This document shows positions 11,901 through 26,199 of a DNA stretch of 64,000 nt, one piece after another. The notes below the pieces were generated by a model that did no database searches, was not told where the DNA came from, and was given only the letters and a program-made list of their open reading frames with translations. Source of the DNA: Eledone cirrhosa (Eukaryota); assembly GCA_964016885.1 (NCBI GenBank), contig OZ024740.1:430342001-430406000 (forward strand). Reading direction: 5' to 3'. The stretch's first letter is position 1. The number at the start of each line of letters is the position of its first letter. A program made the position numbers and the translations under genes.

Positions 11901-14900
11901 GTCAATAGACAGACTGTATGTAACTATGACACCTCTAAGACTACACCAGGAGTTAGAGGTCAATAGACAGACTGTATGTCACTAGGACACCTCTAAGACT
12001 ACACCAGGAGTTAGAGGTCAATAGACAGACTGTATGTCACTATGACACCTCTAAGACTATACCAGGAGTTAGAGGTCAATAGACAGATTCTATGTCACTA
12101 TGACACCTCTAAGACTACACCAGGAGTTAGAGGTCAATAGACAGACTGTATGTCACTATGACACCTCTAAGACTACACCTGTAGTTAGAGGTCAATAGAC
12201 TGACTGCATGTTACTAGGACACCTCTAAGACTACACCAGGAGTTAGAGGTCAATAGACAGAGTGTATGTCACTATGACACCTCTAAGACTACACCAGGAG
12301 TTAGAGGTCAATAGACAGACTGTATGTCACTATGACACCTCTAAGACTACACCAGGAGTTAGAGGTCAATAGACAGACTGTATGTCACTATGACACCTCT
12401 AAGACTATACCAGGAGTTAGAGGTCAATAGACAGATTGTATGTCACTATGACACCTCTAAGACTACACCAGGAGTTAGAGGTCAATAGACAGATTGTATG
12501 TCACTATGACACCTCTAAGACTACACCAGGAGTTAGAGGTCAATAGACAGATTGTATGTCACTATGACACCTCTAAGACTACACCAGGAGTTAGAGGTCA
12601 ATAGACAGACTGTATGTCACTATGACACCTCTAAGACTACACCAGGAGTTAGAGGTCAATAGACAGACTGTATGTCACAATGACACCTCTAAGGCTACAC
12701 CAGGAGTTAGAGGTCAATAGACAGACTGTATGTCACTATGACACCTCTAAGACTATACCGGGAGTTAGAGGTCAATAGACAGATTGTATGTCACTATGAC
12801 ACCTCTAAGACTATACCAGGAGTTAGAGGTCAATAGACAGATTCTATATCACTATGACACCTCTAAGACTACACCAGGAGTTAGAGGTAAATAGACAGAC
12901 TGTATGCCACTATGACACCTCTAAGACTACACTGGGAGTTAGAGGTCAATAGACAGACTGTATGTCACTATGACACCTCTAAGACTACACCTGTAGTTAG
13001 AGGTCAATAGACAGACTGTATGTCCACTATGACACCTCTAAGACTACACCGGGAGTTAGAGGTCAATAGACAGACTGTATGTCACTATGACACCTCTAAG
13101 ACTACACCAGGAGTTAGAGGTCAATAGACAGACTGTATGTCACTATGACACCTCTAAGACTACACCAGGAGTTAGAGGTCAATAGACAGATTGTATGTCA
13201 CTATGACACATCTAAGACTACACCAGAAGTTAGAGGTCAATAGACAGATTGTATGTCACTTTGACACCTCTAAGACTATACCAGGAGTTAGAGGTCAATA
13301 GACAGATTGTATGTCACTATGACACCTCTAAGACTACACCAGGAGTTAGAGGTAAATAGACAGACTGTATGTCACTATGACACCTCTAAGACTACACTGG
13401 GAGTTAGAGGTCAATAGACAGACTGTATGTCACTATGACACCTCTAAGACTACACCTGTAGTTAGAGGTCAATAGACAGACTGTATGTCCACTATGACAC
13501 CTCTAAGACTACACCGGGAGTTAGAGGTCAATAGACAGACTGTATGTCACTATGACACCTCTAAGACTACACCAGGAGTTAGAGGTCAATAGACAGACTG
13601 TATGTCACTATGACACCTCTAAGACTACACCAGAAGTTAGAGGTCAATAGACAGATATGACAACTGTAAGACTACACCAGGAGTTAGAGGTCAATAGACA
13701 GATTGTATGTCACTATGACACATCTAAGACTACACCAGAAGTTAGAGGTCAATAGACAGACTGTATGTCACTATGACACCTCTAAGACTACACCAGGAGT
13801 TAGAGGTCAATAGACAGACTGTATGTCACTAGGACACCTCTAAGACTACACCATGAGTTAGAGGTCAATAGACAGACTGTATGTCACTATGACACCTCTA
13901 AGACTATACCAGGAGTTAGCGGTCAATAGACAGATTCTATGTCACTATGACACCTCTAAGACTACACCAGGAGTTAGAGGTCAATAGACAGACTGTATGT
14001 CACTATGACACCTCTAAGACTACACCTGTAGTTAGAGGTCAATAGACTGACTGTATGTCACTATGACACCTCTAAGACTATACCGGGAGTTAGAGGTCAA
14101 TAGACAGACTGTATGTCACTATGACACCTCTAAGACTACACTGGGAGTTAGAGGTCAATAGACAGACTGTATGTCACTATGACACCTCTAAGACTATACC
14201 AGGAGTTAGAGGTCAATAGACAGACTGTATGTCACTATGACACCTCTAAGACTATACCGGGAGTTAGAGGTCAATAGACAGACTGTATGTCACTATGACA
14301 CCTCTAAGACTACACTGGGAGTTAGAGGTCAATAGACAGACTGTATGTCACTATGACACCTCTAAGACTACATCAGGAGTTAGAGGTCAATAGACTGACT
14401 GTATGTCACTAGGACACCTCTAAGACTACACCAGGAGTTAGAGGTCAATAGACAGACTGTATGTCACTATGACACCTCTAAGACTACACTGGGAGTTAGA
14501 GGTCAATAGACAGATTGTATGTCACTAGGACACCTCTAAGACTACACCGGGAGTTAGAGGTCAATAGACAGACTGTATGTCACTATGACACCTCTAAGAC
14601 TACATCAGGAGTTAGAGGTCAATAGACAGACTGTATGTCACTAGGACACCTCTAAGACTACATCAGGAGTTAGAGGTCAATAGACAGACTGTATGTCACT
14701 ATGACACCTCTAAGACTACATCAGGAGTTAGAGGTCAATAGACTGACTGTATGTCACTAGGACACCTCTAAGACTACATCAGGAGTTAGAGGTCAATAGA
14801 CTGACTGCATGTCACTATGACACCTCTAAGACTACACCAGGAGTTAGAGGTCAATAGACAGATTGTATGTCACTAGGACACCTCTAAGACTACACCGGGA

Positions 14901-17900
14901 GTTAGAGGTCAATAGACAGACTGTATGTCACTATGACACCTCTAAGACTATACCAGGAGTTAGAGGTCAATAGACAGACTGTATGTCACTATGACACCTC
15001 TAAGACTACACCAGGAGTTAGAGGTCAATAGACAGACTGTATGTCACTATGACACCTCTAAGACTACACCAGGAGTTAGAGGTCAATAGACAGACTGTAT
15101 GTCACTATGACACCTCTAAGACTACACCAGGAGTTAGAGGTCAATAGACAGACTGTATGTCACTATGACCCCTCTAAGACTATACCAGGAGTTAGAGGTC
15201 AATAGACAGATTGTATGTCACTATGACACCTCTAAGACTACACCAGGAGTTAGAGGTCAATAGACAGATTGTATGTCACTATGACACCTCTAAGACTACA
15301 CCAGGAGTTAGAGGTCAATAGACAGATTGTATGTCACTATGACACCTCTAAGACTATACCAGGAGTTAGAGGTCAATAGACAGATTCTATGTCACTATGA
15401 CACCTCTAAGACTACACCAGGAGTTAGAGGTCAATAGACAGATTCTATGTCACTATGACACCTCTAAGACTACATCAGGAGTTAGAGGTCAATAGACAGA
15501 CTGTATGTCACTATGACACCTCTAAGACTACATCAGGAGTTAGAGGTCAATAGACAGATTCTATGTCACTATGACACCTCTAAGACTACATCAGGAGTTA
15601 GAGGTCAATAGACAGACTGTATGTCACTATGACACCTCTAAGACTACACCAGGAGTTAGAGGTCAATAGACAGATTGTATGTCACTATGACACCTCTAAG
15701 ACTACACCAGGAGTTAGAGGTCAATAGACAGACTGTATGTCACTATGACACCTCTAAGACTACACCAGAAGTTAGAGGTCAATAGACAGATTGTATGTCA
15801 CTATGACACCTCTAAGACTACACCAGGAGTTAGAGGTCAATAGACAGATTGTATGTCACTATGACACCTCTAAGACTACACCAGAAGTTAGAGGTCAATA
15901 GACAGATTGTATGTCACTATGACACCTCTAAGACTACACCAGGAGTTAGAGGTCAATAGACAGATTGTATGTCACTATGACACCTCTAAGACTACACCAG
16001 GAGTTAGAGGTCAATAGACAGACTGTATGTCACTATGACACCTCTAAGACTATACCGGGAGTTAGAGGTCAATAGACAGATTGTATGTCACTATGACACC
16101 TCTAAGACTATACCAGGAGTTAGAGGTCAATAGACAGATTCTATGTCACTATGACACCTCTAAGACTACATCAGGAGTTAGAGGTCAATAGACAAACTAT
16201 GTCACTATGACACCCCTAAGACTACATCAGGAGTTAGAGGTCAATAGACAGGTTGTATGTCACTATGACACATCTAAGACTACACCAGAAGTTAGAGGTC
16301 AATAGACAGATATGACAACTGTAAGACTACACCAGGAGTTAGAGGTCAATAGACAGATTGTATGTCACTATGACACATCTAAGACTACACCAGAAGTTAG
16401 AGGTCAATAGACAGATTGTATGTCACTATGACACCTCTAAGACTACACCAGGAGTTAGAGGTCAATAGACAGACTGTATGTCACTATGACACCTCTAAGA
16501 CTACACTGGGAGTTAGAGGTCAATAGACAGACTGTATGTCACTATGACACCTCTAAGACTACACCAGGAGTTAGAGGTCAATAGACAGACTGTATGTAAC
16601 TATGACACCTCTAAGACTACACCAGGAGTTAGAGGTCAATAGACAGACTGTATGTCACTAGGACACCTCTAAGACTACACCAGGAGTTAGAGGTCAATAG
16701 ACAGACTGTATGTCACTATGACACCTCTAAGACTATACCAGGAGTTAGAGGTCAATAGACAGATTCTATGTCACTATGACACCTCTAAGACTACACCAGG
16801 AGTTAGAGGTCAATAGACAGACTGTATGTCACTATGACACCTCTAAGACTACACCTGTAGTTAGAGGTCAATAGACTGACTGCATGTTACTAGGACACCT
16901 CTAAGACTACACCAGGAGTTAGAGGTCAATAGACAGACTGTATGTCACTATGACACCTCTAAGACTACACCAGGAGTTAGAGGTCAATAGACAGACTGTA
17001 TGTCACTATGACACCTCTAAGACTACACCAGGAGTTAGAGGTCAATAGACAGACTGTATGTCACTATGACACCTCTAAGACTATACCAGGAGTTAGAGGT
17101 CAATAGACAGATTGTATGTCACTATGACACCTCTAAGACTACACCAGGAGTTAGAGGTCAATAGACAGATTGTATGTCACTATGACACCTCTAAGACTAC
17201 ACCAGGAGTTAGAGGTCAATAGACAGATTGTATGTCACTATGACACCTCTAAGACTACACCAGGAGTTAGAGGTCAATAGACAGACTGTATGTCACTATG
17301 ACACCTCTAAGACTACACCAGGAGTTAGAGGTCAATAGACAGACTGTATGTCACAATGACACCTCTAAGGCTACACCAGGAGTTAGAGGTCAATAGACAG
17401 ACTGTATGTCACTATGACACCTCTAAGACTATACCGGGAGTTAGAGGTCAATAGACAGATTGTATGTCACTATGACACCTCTAAGACTATACCAGGAGTT
17501 AGAGGTCAATAGACAGATTCTATATCACTATGACACCTCTAAGACTACACCAGGAGTTAGAGGTAAATAGACAGACTGTATGCCACTATGACACCTCTAA
17601 GACTACACTGGGAGTTAGAGGTCAATAGACAGACTGTATGTCACTATGACACCTCTAAGACTACACCTGTAGTTAGAGGTCAATAGACAGACTGTATGTC
17701 CACTATGACACCTCTAAGACTACACCGGGAGTTAGAGGTCAATAGACAGACTGTATGTCACTATGACACCTCTAAGACTACACCAGGAGTTAGAGGTCAA
17801 TAGACAGACTGTATGTCACTATGACACCTCTAAGACTACACCAGGAGTTAGAGGTCAATAGACAGATTGTATGTCACTATGACACATCTAAGACTACACC

Positions 17901-20900
17901 AGAAGTTAGAGGTCAATAGACAGATTGTATGTCACTTTGACACCTCTAAGACTATACCAGGAGTTAGAGGTCAATAGACAGATTGTATGTCACTATGACA
18001 CCTCTAAGACTACACCAGGAGTTAGAGGTAAATAGACAGACTGTATGTCACTATGACACCTCTAAGACTACACTGGGAGTTAGAGGTCAATAGACAGACT
18101 GTATGTCACTATGACACCTCTAAGACTACACCTGTAGTTAGAGGTCAATAGACAGACTGTATGTCCACTATGACACCTCTAAGACTACACCGGGAGTTAG
18201 AGGTCAATAGACAGACTGTATGTCACTATGACACCTCTAAGACTACACCAGGAGTTAGAGGTCAATAGACAGACTGTATGTCACTATGACACCTCTAAGA
18301 CTACACCAGAAGTTAGAGGTCAATAGACAGATATGACAACTGTAAGACTACACCAGGAGTTAGAGGTCAATAGACAGATTGTATGTCACTATGACACATC
18401 TAAGACTACACCAGAAGTTAGAGGTCAATAGACAGACTGTATGTCACTATGACACCTCTAAGACTACACCAGGAGTTAGAGGTCAATAGACAGACTGTAT
18501 GTCACTAGGACACCTCTAAGACTACACCATGAGTTAGAGGTCAATAGACAGACTGTATGTCACTATGACACCTCTAAGACTATACCAGGAGTTAGCGGTC
18601 AATAGACAGATTCTATGTCACTATGACACCTCTAAGACTACACCAGGAGTTAGAGGTCAATAGACAGACTGTATGTCACTATGACACCTCTAAGACTACA
18701 CCTGTAGTTAGAGGTCAATAGACTGACTGCATGTTACTAGGACACCTCTAAGACTACACCAGGAGTTAGAGGTCAATAGACAGACTGTATGTCACTATGA
18801 CACCTCTAAGACTACACCAGGAGTTACAGGTCAATAGACAGACTGTATGTCACTATGACACCTCTAAGACTACACCAGGAGTTAGAGGTCAATAGACAGA
18901 TTGTATGTCACTATGACACCTCTAAGACTATACCAGGAGTTAGAGGTCAATAGACAGATTGTATGTCACTATGACACCTCTAAGACTACACCAGGAGTAA
19001 GAGGTCAATAGACAGATTGTATGTCACTATGACACCTCTAAGACTACACCAGGAGTTAGAGGTCAATAGACAGATTGTATGTCACTATGACACCTCTAAG
19101 ACTACACCAGGAGTTAGAGGTCAATAGACAGACTGTATGTCACTATGACACCTCTAAGACTACACTGGGAGTTAGAGGTCAATAGACAGACTGTATGTCA
19201 CTATGACACCTCTAAGACTACACCAGGAGTTAGAGTTCAATAGACAGACTGTATGTCACAATGACACCTCTAAGACTACACCAGGAGTTAGAGGTCAATA
19301 GACAGACTGTATGTCACTATGACACCTCTAAGACTATACCGGGAGTTAGAGGTCAATAGACAGATTGTATGTCACTATGACACCTCTAAGACTATACCAG
19401 GAGTTAGAGGTCAATAGACAGATTCTATGTCACTATGACACCTCTAAGACTACACCAGGAGTTAGAGGTAAATAGACAGACTGTATGTCACTATGACACC
19501 TCTAAGACTACACTGGGAGTTAGAGGTCAATAGACAGACTGTATGTCACTATGACACCTCTAAGACTACACCTGTAGTTAGAGGTCAATAGACAGACTGT
19601 ATGTCCACTATGACACCTCTAAGACTACACCGGGAGTTAGAGGTCAATAGACAGACTGTATGTCACTATGACACCTCTAAGACTACACCAGGAGTTAGAG
19701 GTCAATAGACAGACTGTATGTCACTATGACACCTCTAAGACTACACCAGAAGTTAGAGGTCAATAGACAGATATGACAACTGTAAGACTACACCAGGAGT
19801 TAGAGGTCAATAGACAGATTGTATGTCACTATGACACATCTAAGACTACACCAGAAGTTAGAGGTCAATAGACAGATTGTATGTCACTTTGACACCTCTA
19901 AGACTATACCAGGAGTTAGAGGTCAATAGACAGATTCTATGTCACTATGACACCTCTAAGACTACACCAGGAGTTAGAGGTGAATAGACAGACTGTATGT
20001 CACTATGACACCTCTAAGACTACACTGGGAGTTAGAGGTCAATAGACAGACTGTATGTCACTATGACACCTCTAAGACTACACCTGTAGTTAGAGGTCAA
20101 TAGACAGACTGTATGTCCACTATGACACCTCTAAGACTACACCGGGAGTTAGAGGTCAATAGACAGACTGTATGTCACTATGACACCTCTAAGACTACAC
20201 CAGAAGTTAGAGGTCAATAGACAGATATGACAACTGTAAGACTACACCAGGAGTTAGAGGTCAATAGACAGATTGTATGTCACTATGACACATCTAAGAC
20301 TACACCAGAAGTTAGAGGTCAATAGACAGATTGTATGTCACTATGACACCTCTAAGACTACACCGGGAGTTAGAGGTCAATAGACAGACTGTATGTCACT
20401 ATGACACCTCTAAGACTACACCAAGAGTTAGAGGTCAATAGACAGACTGTATGTCACTATGACAACTCTAAGACTACACCAGGAGTTAGAGGTCAATAGA
20501 CAGATTGTATGTCACTATGACACCTCTAAGACTACACCAGGAGTTAGAGGTCAATAGACAGATTGTATGTCACTATGACACCTCTAAGACTACACCAGGA
20601 GTTAGAGGTCAATAGACAGACTGTATGTCACTATGACACCTCTAAGACTACACCAGGAGTTAGAGGTCAATAGACAGACTGTATGTCACTATGACACCTC
20701 TAAGACTACACCACCAAGAGTTAGAGGTCAATAGACAGACTGTATGTCACTATGACACCTCTAAGACTACATCAGGAGTTAGAGGTCAATAGACAGACTG
20801 TATGTCACTATGACACCTCTAAGACTACACCAGGAGTTAGAGGTCAATAGACAGATTGTATGTCACTATGACAACTCTAAGACTACACCAGGAGTTAGGT

Positions 20901-23900
20901 CAATAGACAAACTATGTCACTATGACACCTCTAAGACTACATCAGGAGTTAGAGGTCAATAGACAGATTTTATGTCACTATGACACCTCTAAGACTACAC
21001 CAGGAGTTAGAGGTCAATAGACAAACTATGTCACTATGACACCTCTAAGACTACATCAGGAGTTAGAGGTCAATAGACAGATTTTATGTCACTATGACAC
21101 CTCTAAGACTACACCAGGAGTTAGAGGTCAATAGACAAACTATGTCACTATGACACCTCTAAGACTACATCAGGAGTTAGAGGTCAATAGACAGATTTTA
21201 TGTCACTATGACACCTCTAAGACTACACCAGGAGTTAGAGGTCAATAGACAAACTATGTCACTATGACACCTCTAAGACTACACCAGGAGTTAGAGGTCA
21301 ATAGACAGATTTTATGTCACTATGACACCTCTAAGACTACACCAGGAGTTAGAGGTCAATAGACAAACTATGTCACTATGACACCTCTAAGACTACACCA
21401 GGAGTTAGAGGTCAATAGACAGATTGTATGTCACTATGACACCTCTAAGACTACACCAGGAGTTAGAGGTCAATAGACAGATTGTATGTCACTATGACAC
21501 CTCTAAGACTACACCAGGAGTTAGAGGTCAATAGACAGACTGTATGTCACTATGACACCTCTAAGACTACACCAGGAGTTAGAGGTCAATAGACAGACTG
21601 TATGTCACTATGACACCTCTAAGACTACACTGGGAGTTAGAGGTCAATAGACAGACTGTATGTCACTATGACACCTCTAAGACTACACCAGGAGTTAGAG
21701 GTCAATAGACAGACTGTATGTCACAATGACACCTCTAAGACTACACCAGGAGTTAGAGGTCAATAGACAGACTGTATGTCACTATGACACCTCTAAGACT
21801 ATACCGGGAGTTAGAGGTCAATAGACAGATTGTATGTCACTATGACACCTCTAAGACTATACCAGGAGTTAGAGGTCAATAGACAGATTCTATGTCACTA
21901 TGACACCTCTAAGACTACACCAGGAGTTAGAGGTAAATAGACAGACTGTATGTCACTATGACACCTCTAAGACTACACTGGGAGTTAGAGGTCAATAGAC
22001 AGACTGTATGTCACTATGACACCTCTAAGACTACACCTGTAGTTAGAGGTCAATAGACAGACCGTATGTCCACTATGACACCTCTAAGACTACACTGGGA
22101 GTTAGAGGTCAATAGACAGACTGTATGTCACTATGACACCTCTAAGACTACACCAGGAGTTAGAGGTCAATAGACAGACTGTATGTCACTATGACACCTC
22201 TAAGACTACACCAGGAGTTAGAGGTCAATAGACAGACTGTATGTCACTAGGACACCTCTAAGACTACACCAGGAGTTAGAGGTCAATAGACAGACTGTAT
22301 GTCACTAGGACACCTCTAAGACTACATCAGGAGTTAGAGGTCAATAGACTGACTGTATGTCACTATGACACCTCTAAGACTACACCTGTAGTTAGAGGTC
22401 AATAGACAGACCGTATGTCCACTATGACACCTCTAAGACTACACTGGGAGTTAGAGGTCAATAGACAGACTGTATGTCACTATGACACCTCTAAGACTAC
22501 ACCAGGAGTTAGAGGTCAATAGACAGACTGTATGTCACTATGACACCTCTAAGACTACACCAGGAGTTAGAGGTCAATAGACAGACTGTATGTCACTAGG
22601 ACACCTCTAAGACTACACCAGGAGTTAGAGGTCAATAGACAGACTGTATGTCACTATGACACCTCTAAGACTACACCGGGAGTTAGAGGTCAATAGACAG
22701 ATTGTATGTCACTATGACACCTCTAAGACTATACCAGGAGTTAGAGGTCAATAGACAGACTGTATGTCACTAGGACACCTCTAAGACTACATCAGGAGTT
22801 AGAGGTCAATAGACAGACTGTATGTCACTATGACACCTCTAAGACTACATCAGGAGTTAGAGGTCAATAGACTGACTGTATGTCACTAGGACACCTCTAA
22901 GACTACATCAGGAGTTAGAGGTCAATAGACAGATTGTATGTCACTATGACACCTCTAAGACTACATCAGGAGTTAGAGGTCAATAGACAGATTGTATGTC
23001 ACTAGGACACCTCTAAGACTACATCAGGAGTTAGAGGTCAATAGACAGATTGTATGTCACTATGACACCTCTAAGACTACACCAGAAGTTAGAGGTCAAT
23101 AGACAGACTGTATGTCACTATGACACCTCTAAGACTATACCAGGAGTTAGAGGTCAATAGACAGACTGTATGTCACTAGGACACCTCTAAGACTACATCA
23201 GGAGTTAGAGGTCAATAGACAGATTGTATGTCACTATGACACCTCTAAGACTATACCAGGAGTTAGAGGTCAATAGACAGACTGTATGTCACTATGACAC
23301 CTCTAAGACTACATCAGGAGTTAGAGGTCAATAGACAGACTGTATGTCACTATGACACCTCTAAGACTACATCAGGAGTTAGAGGTCAATAGACAGACTG
23401 TATGTCACTATGACACCTCTAAGACTACATCAGGAGTTAGAGGTCAATAGACAGATTGTATGTCACTAGGACACCTCTAAGACTACATCAGGAGTTAGAG
23501 GTCAATAGACAGATTCTATGTCACTATGACACCTCTAAGACTACACCAGGAGTTAGAGGTCAATAGACAGACTGTATGTCACTAGGACAACTCTAAGACT
23601 ACATCAGGAGTTAGGGGTCAATAGACAGATTGTATGTCACTATGACACCTCTAAGACTACATCAGGAGTTAGAGGTCAATAGACAAACTATGTCACTATG
23701 ACACCTCTAAGACTACACCAGGAGTTAGAGGTCAATAGACAGACTGTATGTCACTAGGACAACTCTAAGACTACATCAGGAGTTAGAGGTCAATAGACAG
23801 ATTGTATGTCACTAGGACACCTCTAAGACTACATCAGGAGTTAGAGGTCAATAGACAGATTGTATGTCACTATGACACCTCTAAGACTACACCAGGAGTT

Positions 23901-24030
23901 AGAGGTCAATAGACAAACTATGTCACTATGACACCTCTAAGACTACACCAGGAGTTAGAGGTCAATAGACTGACTGTATGTCACTAGGACAACTCTAAGA
24001 CTACATCAGGAGTTAGGGGTCAATCTAAAC
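8922..24030. repeat. 58-bp satellite array, about 260 copies, 15.1 kb, with higher-order structure
   Basis: Unit CTGTATGTCACTATGACACCTCTAAGACTACACCAGGAGTTAGAGGTCAATAGACAGA; register shifts 2 nt per 60-nt line; recurring variant units. Confidence 0.99.
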
Positions 24031-24137
24031 AGACACACTGTATTTTTAGTGTGTCTCAATATACACTGCATGTCACTGAGACACTCCTGTAACTACATCA
24101 GGAGTTACAGGTCCAGACATGCTGTATGTCACTACAG

Positions 24138-24175
<38 letters not shown>

Positions 24176-24779
24176 TGTATATCACTACAGGTCTCTCTCT
24201 CTCTCTATATATATATATACACTGTATATCACAGCTATATTTAGACATACAGACTGTAAATCTGTCTCCATGTTTTAATTTTATGGTTTGGCATTTTATT
24301 TTATCTTTCATCAAACAGGTTAATTATTTTTTTGGTGTCTTATGTTGTACAATATTATATAAACATTATTTCACTGGCCTCAGTCACTCCACTGTGGCCA
24401 TGCTGGAGCAATGCCTTCTAAAGTATAATTGATTATATCAGTTGTCGTAGCATATTTTCTTGTGTATTATACCATAAATTTGAACAAAAATGAAGGGCAA
24501 ACATGTAGAGTCATTTAATACATGAGTACAGATTTTCAGAAATATATTTTTATTGAGCTTAAAAATATTAATTTCATATGTTATAAGTCTTTAAATATTG
24601 AAGGGTGAGATCGAGATTTTGATGAATAACATGATACATAGCTGTACTCTGGGGTCATATTATACACAAGAATGTATTCCATTTCTGTTTTTAGATTCAG
24701 AAATAGAGGTTGTGTTATACTCAAAGAAATAAAGTATTTATTTAGATATTCTATCAATCTCAAAATATAAAGGGACAAA

Positions 24780-25130
24780 ACAAATATTCCATGTGTCCAA
24801 CACCCGTGGACATGCTTACACAATAAGAAAACAGTACAACTCCCATGACTTTTGGAAACATTTTTTCACTCAGAGTTGCTGAAGCATGGAACAAACTACT
24901 TGCTTCAGTTGTTATCTGTTGGGACACTGCATCCTTCAAAACTGCCATGCTTCCTGAAATTCGCCAACACTACACCTGATATTCCCTCTCCATACACATG
25001 CACACATGTATCTGTGTGTATATCATGACTCATACACTGTTCACTTTCCTGGCATTTGTACATTATTCTATATACTATACATGCACCTTTGATGAGTTGT
25101 AGTGCACCTGAGCACTGTACACAATTATTA
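24780..25130 (+). mobile_element. CR1-like LINE 3' end
   Basis: RGHAY...HDFWKHFF...VAEAWNKL.ASVV...ASFK C-terminal motif typical of CR1/L2 ORF2, then 3' UTR and (ATT) tail; inverted copies at 50352-50530 and 51316-51512. Confidence 0.7.
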
Positions 25131-25139
25131 ACACTTTCT

Positions 25140-25500
25140 CCAGCCACAACCTGGTGCAGTCTGCGACTAACTCAGGTTTTGCTGCACGTCAGGCTGAGGC
25201 CAAACTCTCCAAATACCGGTCCCTGTCCAACAGGTTTGCAGTTGTACCCTTGGCAATGGAGACTTCTGGTGTCCTCGACCCTAGGGCTACCTCTCTACTC
25301 ATCACCATAGGCGCTGAGCTGGCCAACCGCAGGTGTGAGTCTCGCAAGTTGGAATGGCTTTTCCAGTGTGTCTCCCTTGCCATCCTCCGAGGAAGCACCT
25401 TCTCCATTCTGTCCACCGAGGCTGTGGGGAGGCCATCAATATGATTGACTGACTTGTCATTTTATCATCTACTTTTTATATAATTATTAACATTATATTA
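25140..25500 (+). mobile_element. CRE-like (RLE-type) non-LTR retrotransposon 3' fragment
   Basis: FAARQAEAKLSKY...FAVVPLAMETSGVL...WLFQCVSLAILRGS matches the CRE-clade C-terminal endonuclease region (AE..K..KY...P.A.ET.G...QR.S.A..RGN). Confidence 0.7.
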
Positions 25501-25603
25501 TAAACCGAGTGAATGTAAAAAGCTATCAGTCGGTCTATCTGCCCCATTATTAGACTGTATTATGTAGTCAACATTACAGTAGAGCTTCTCTTTCTATTTC
25601 AAT

Positions 25604-25934
25604 AATTGTTTCTGAATTTGACACAAGACCAATAATTTGGGGGGAGAGGAAAGTCAATGGAATCGACCCCAGTGTATTACTGGTACTTTATTTTATCGAC
25701 CCCGTAAGGATGAAAGGCAAAGTTAACCTTGGCTAATAATAATAATAATGTTTCTTTTGGCACAAGGCCAGTAATTGTCCCAGTACATTACTGGTACTTT
25801 ATTTTATCGGCCCTGTAAGGATGAAAGGCAAAACTAACCTCAGCGTGATTTGAACTAAGAATATAAAGGGCCCCAACTCTATGCCACAAAGCATGTTGTC
25901 TGATGCTCTAGCGATACAGCCAATCCACCACCCT
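25604..25934 (-). mobile_element. Two MetaSINE-like copies
   Basis: Reverse complement of the 1811-2003 family. Confidence 0.75.
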
Positions 25935-26199
25935 AAAATAGTGAAAGATTTCTATTTCAATAATAATAGTACTAAATATATTCATATATTTATTGGTTTC
26001 AGTCATTAAACTGTAGGAATGCTCGAGCACCACCTTGATTGATTTAGTCAATCATATCGACCTCACTACTTATTTGTATCAAACCTGCTACTTATTTTAT
26101 TCATCTCTGTTTGTTGAACCACTAAGTCATGGGACATAAACAAACACTAAATGTATGCACGCCGACATAGTGACATATATATATATATATATATATATA

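Noticed and set aside
8922-24030. CRISPR-like array (regular palindromic repeats)
   Set aside because: Units are head-to-tail with no unique spacers, there are no cas genes, and the context is eukaryotic; it is satellite DNA.
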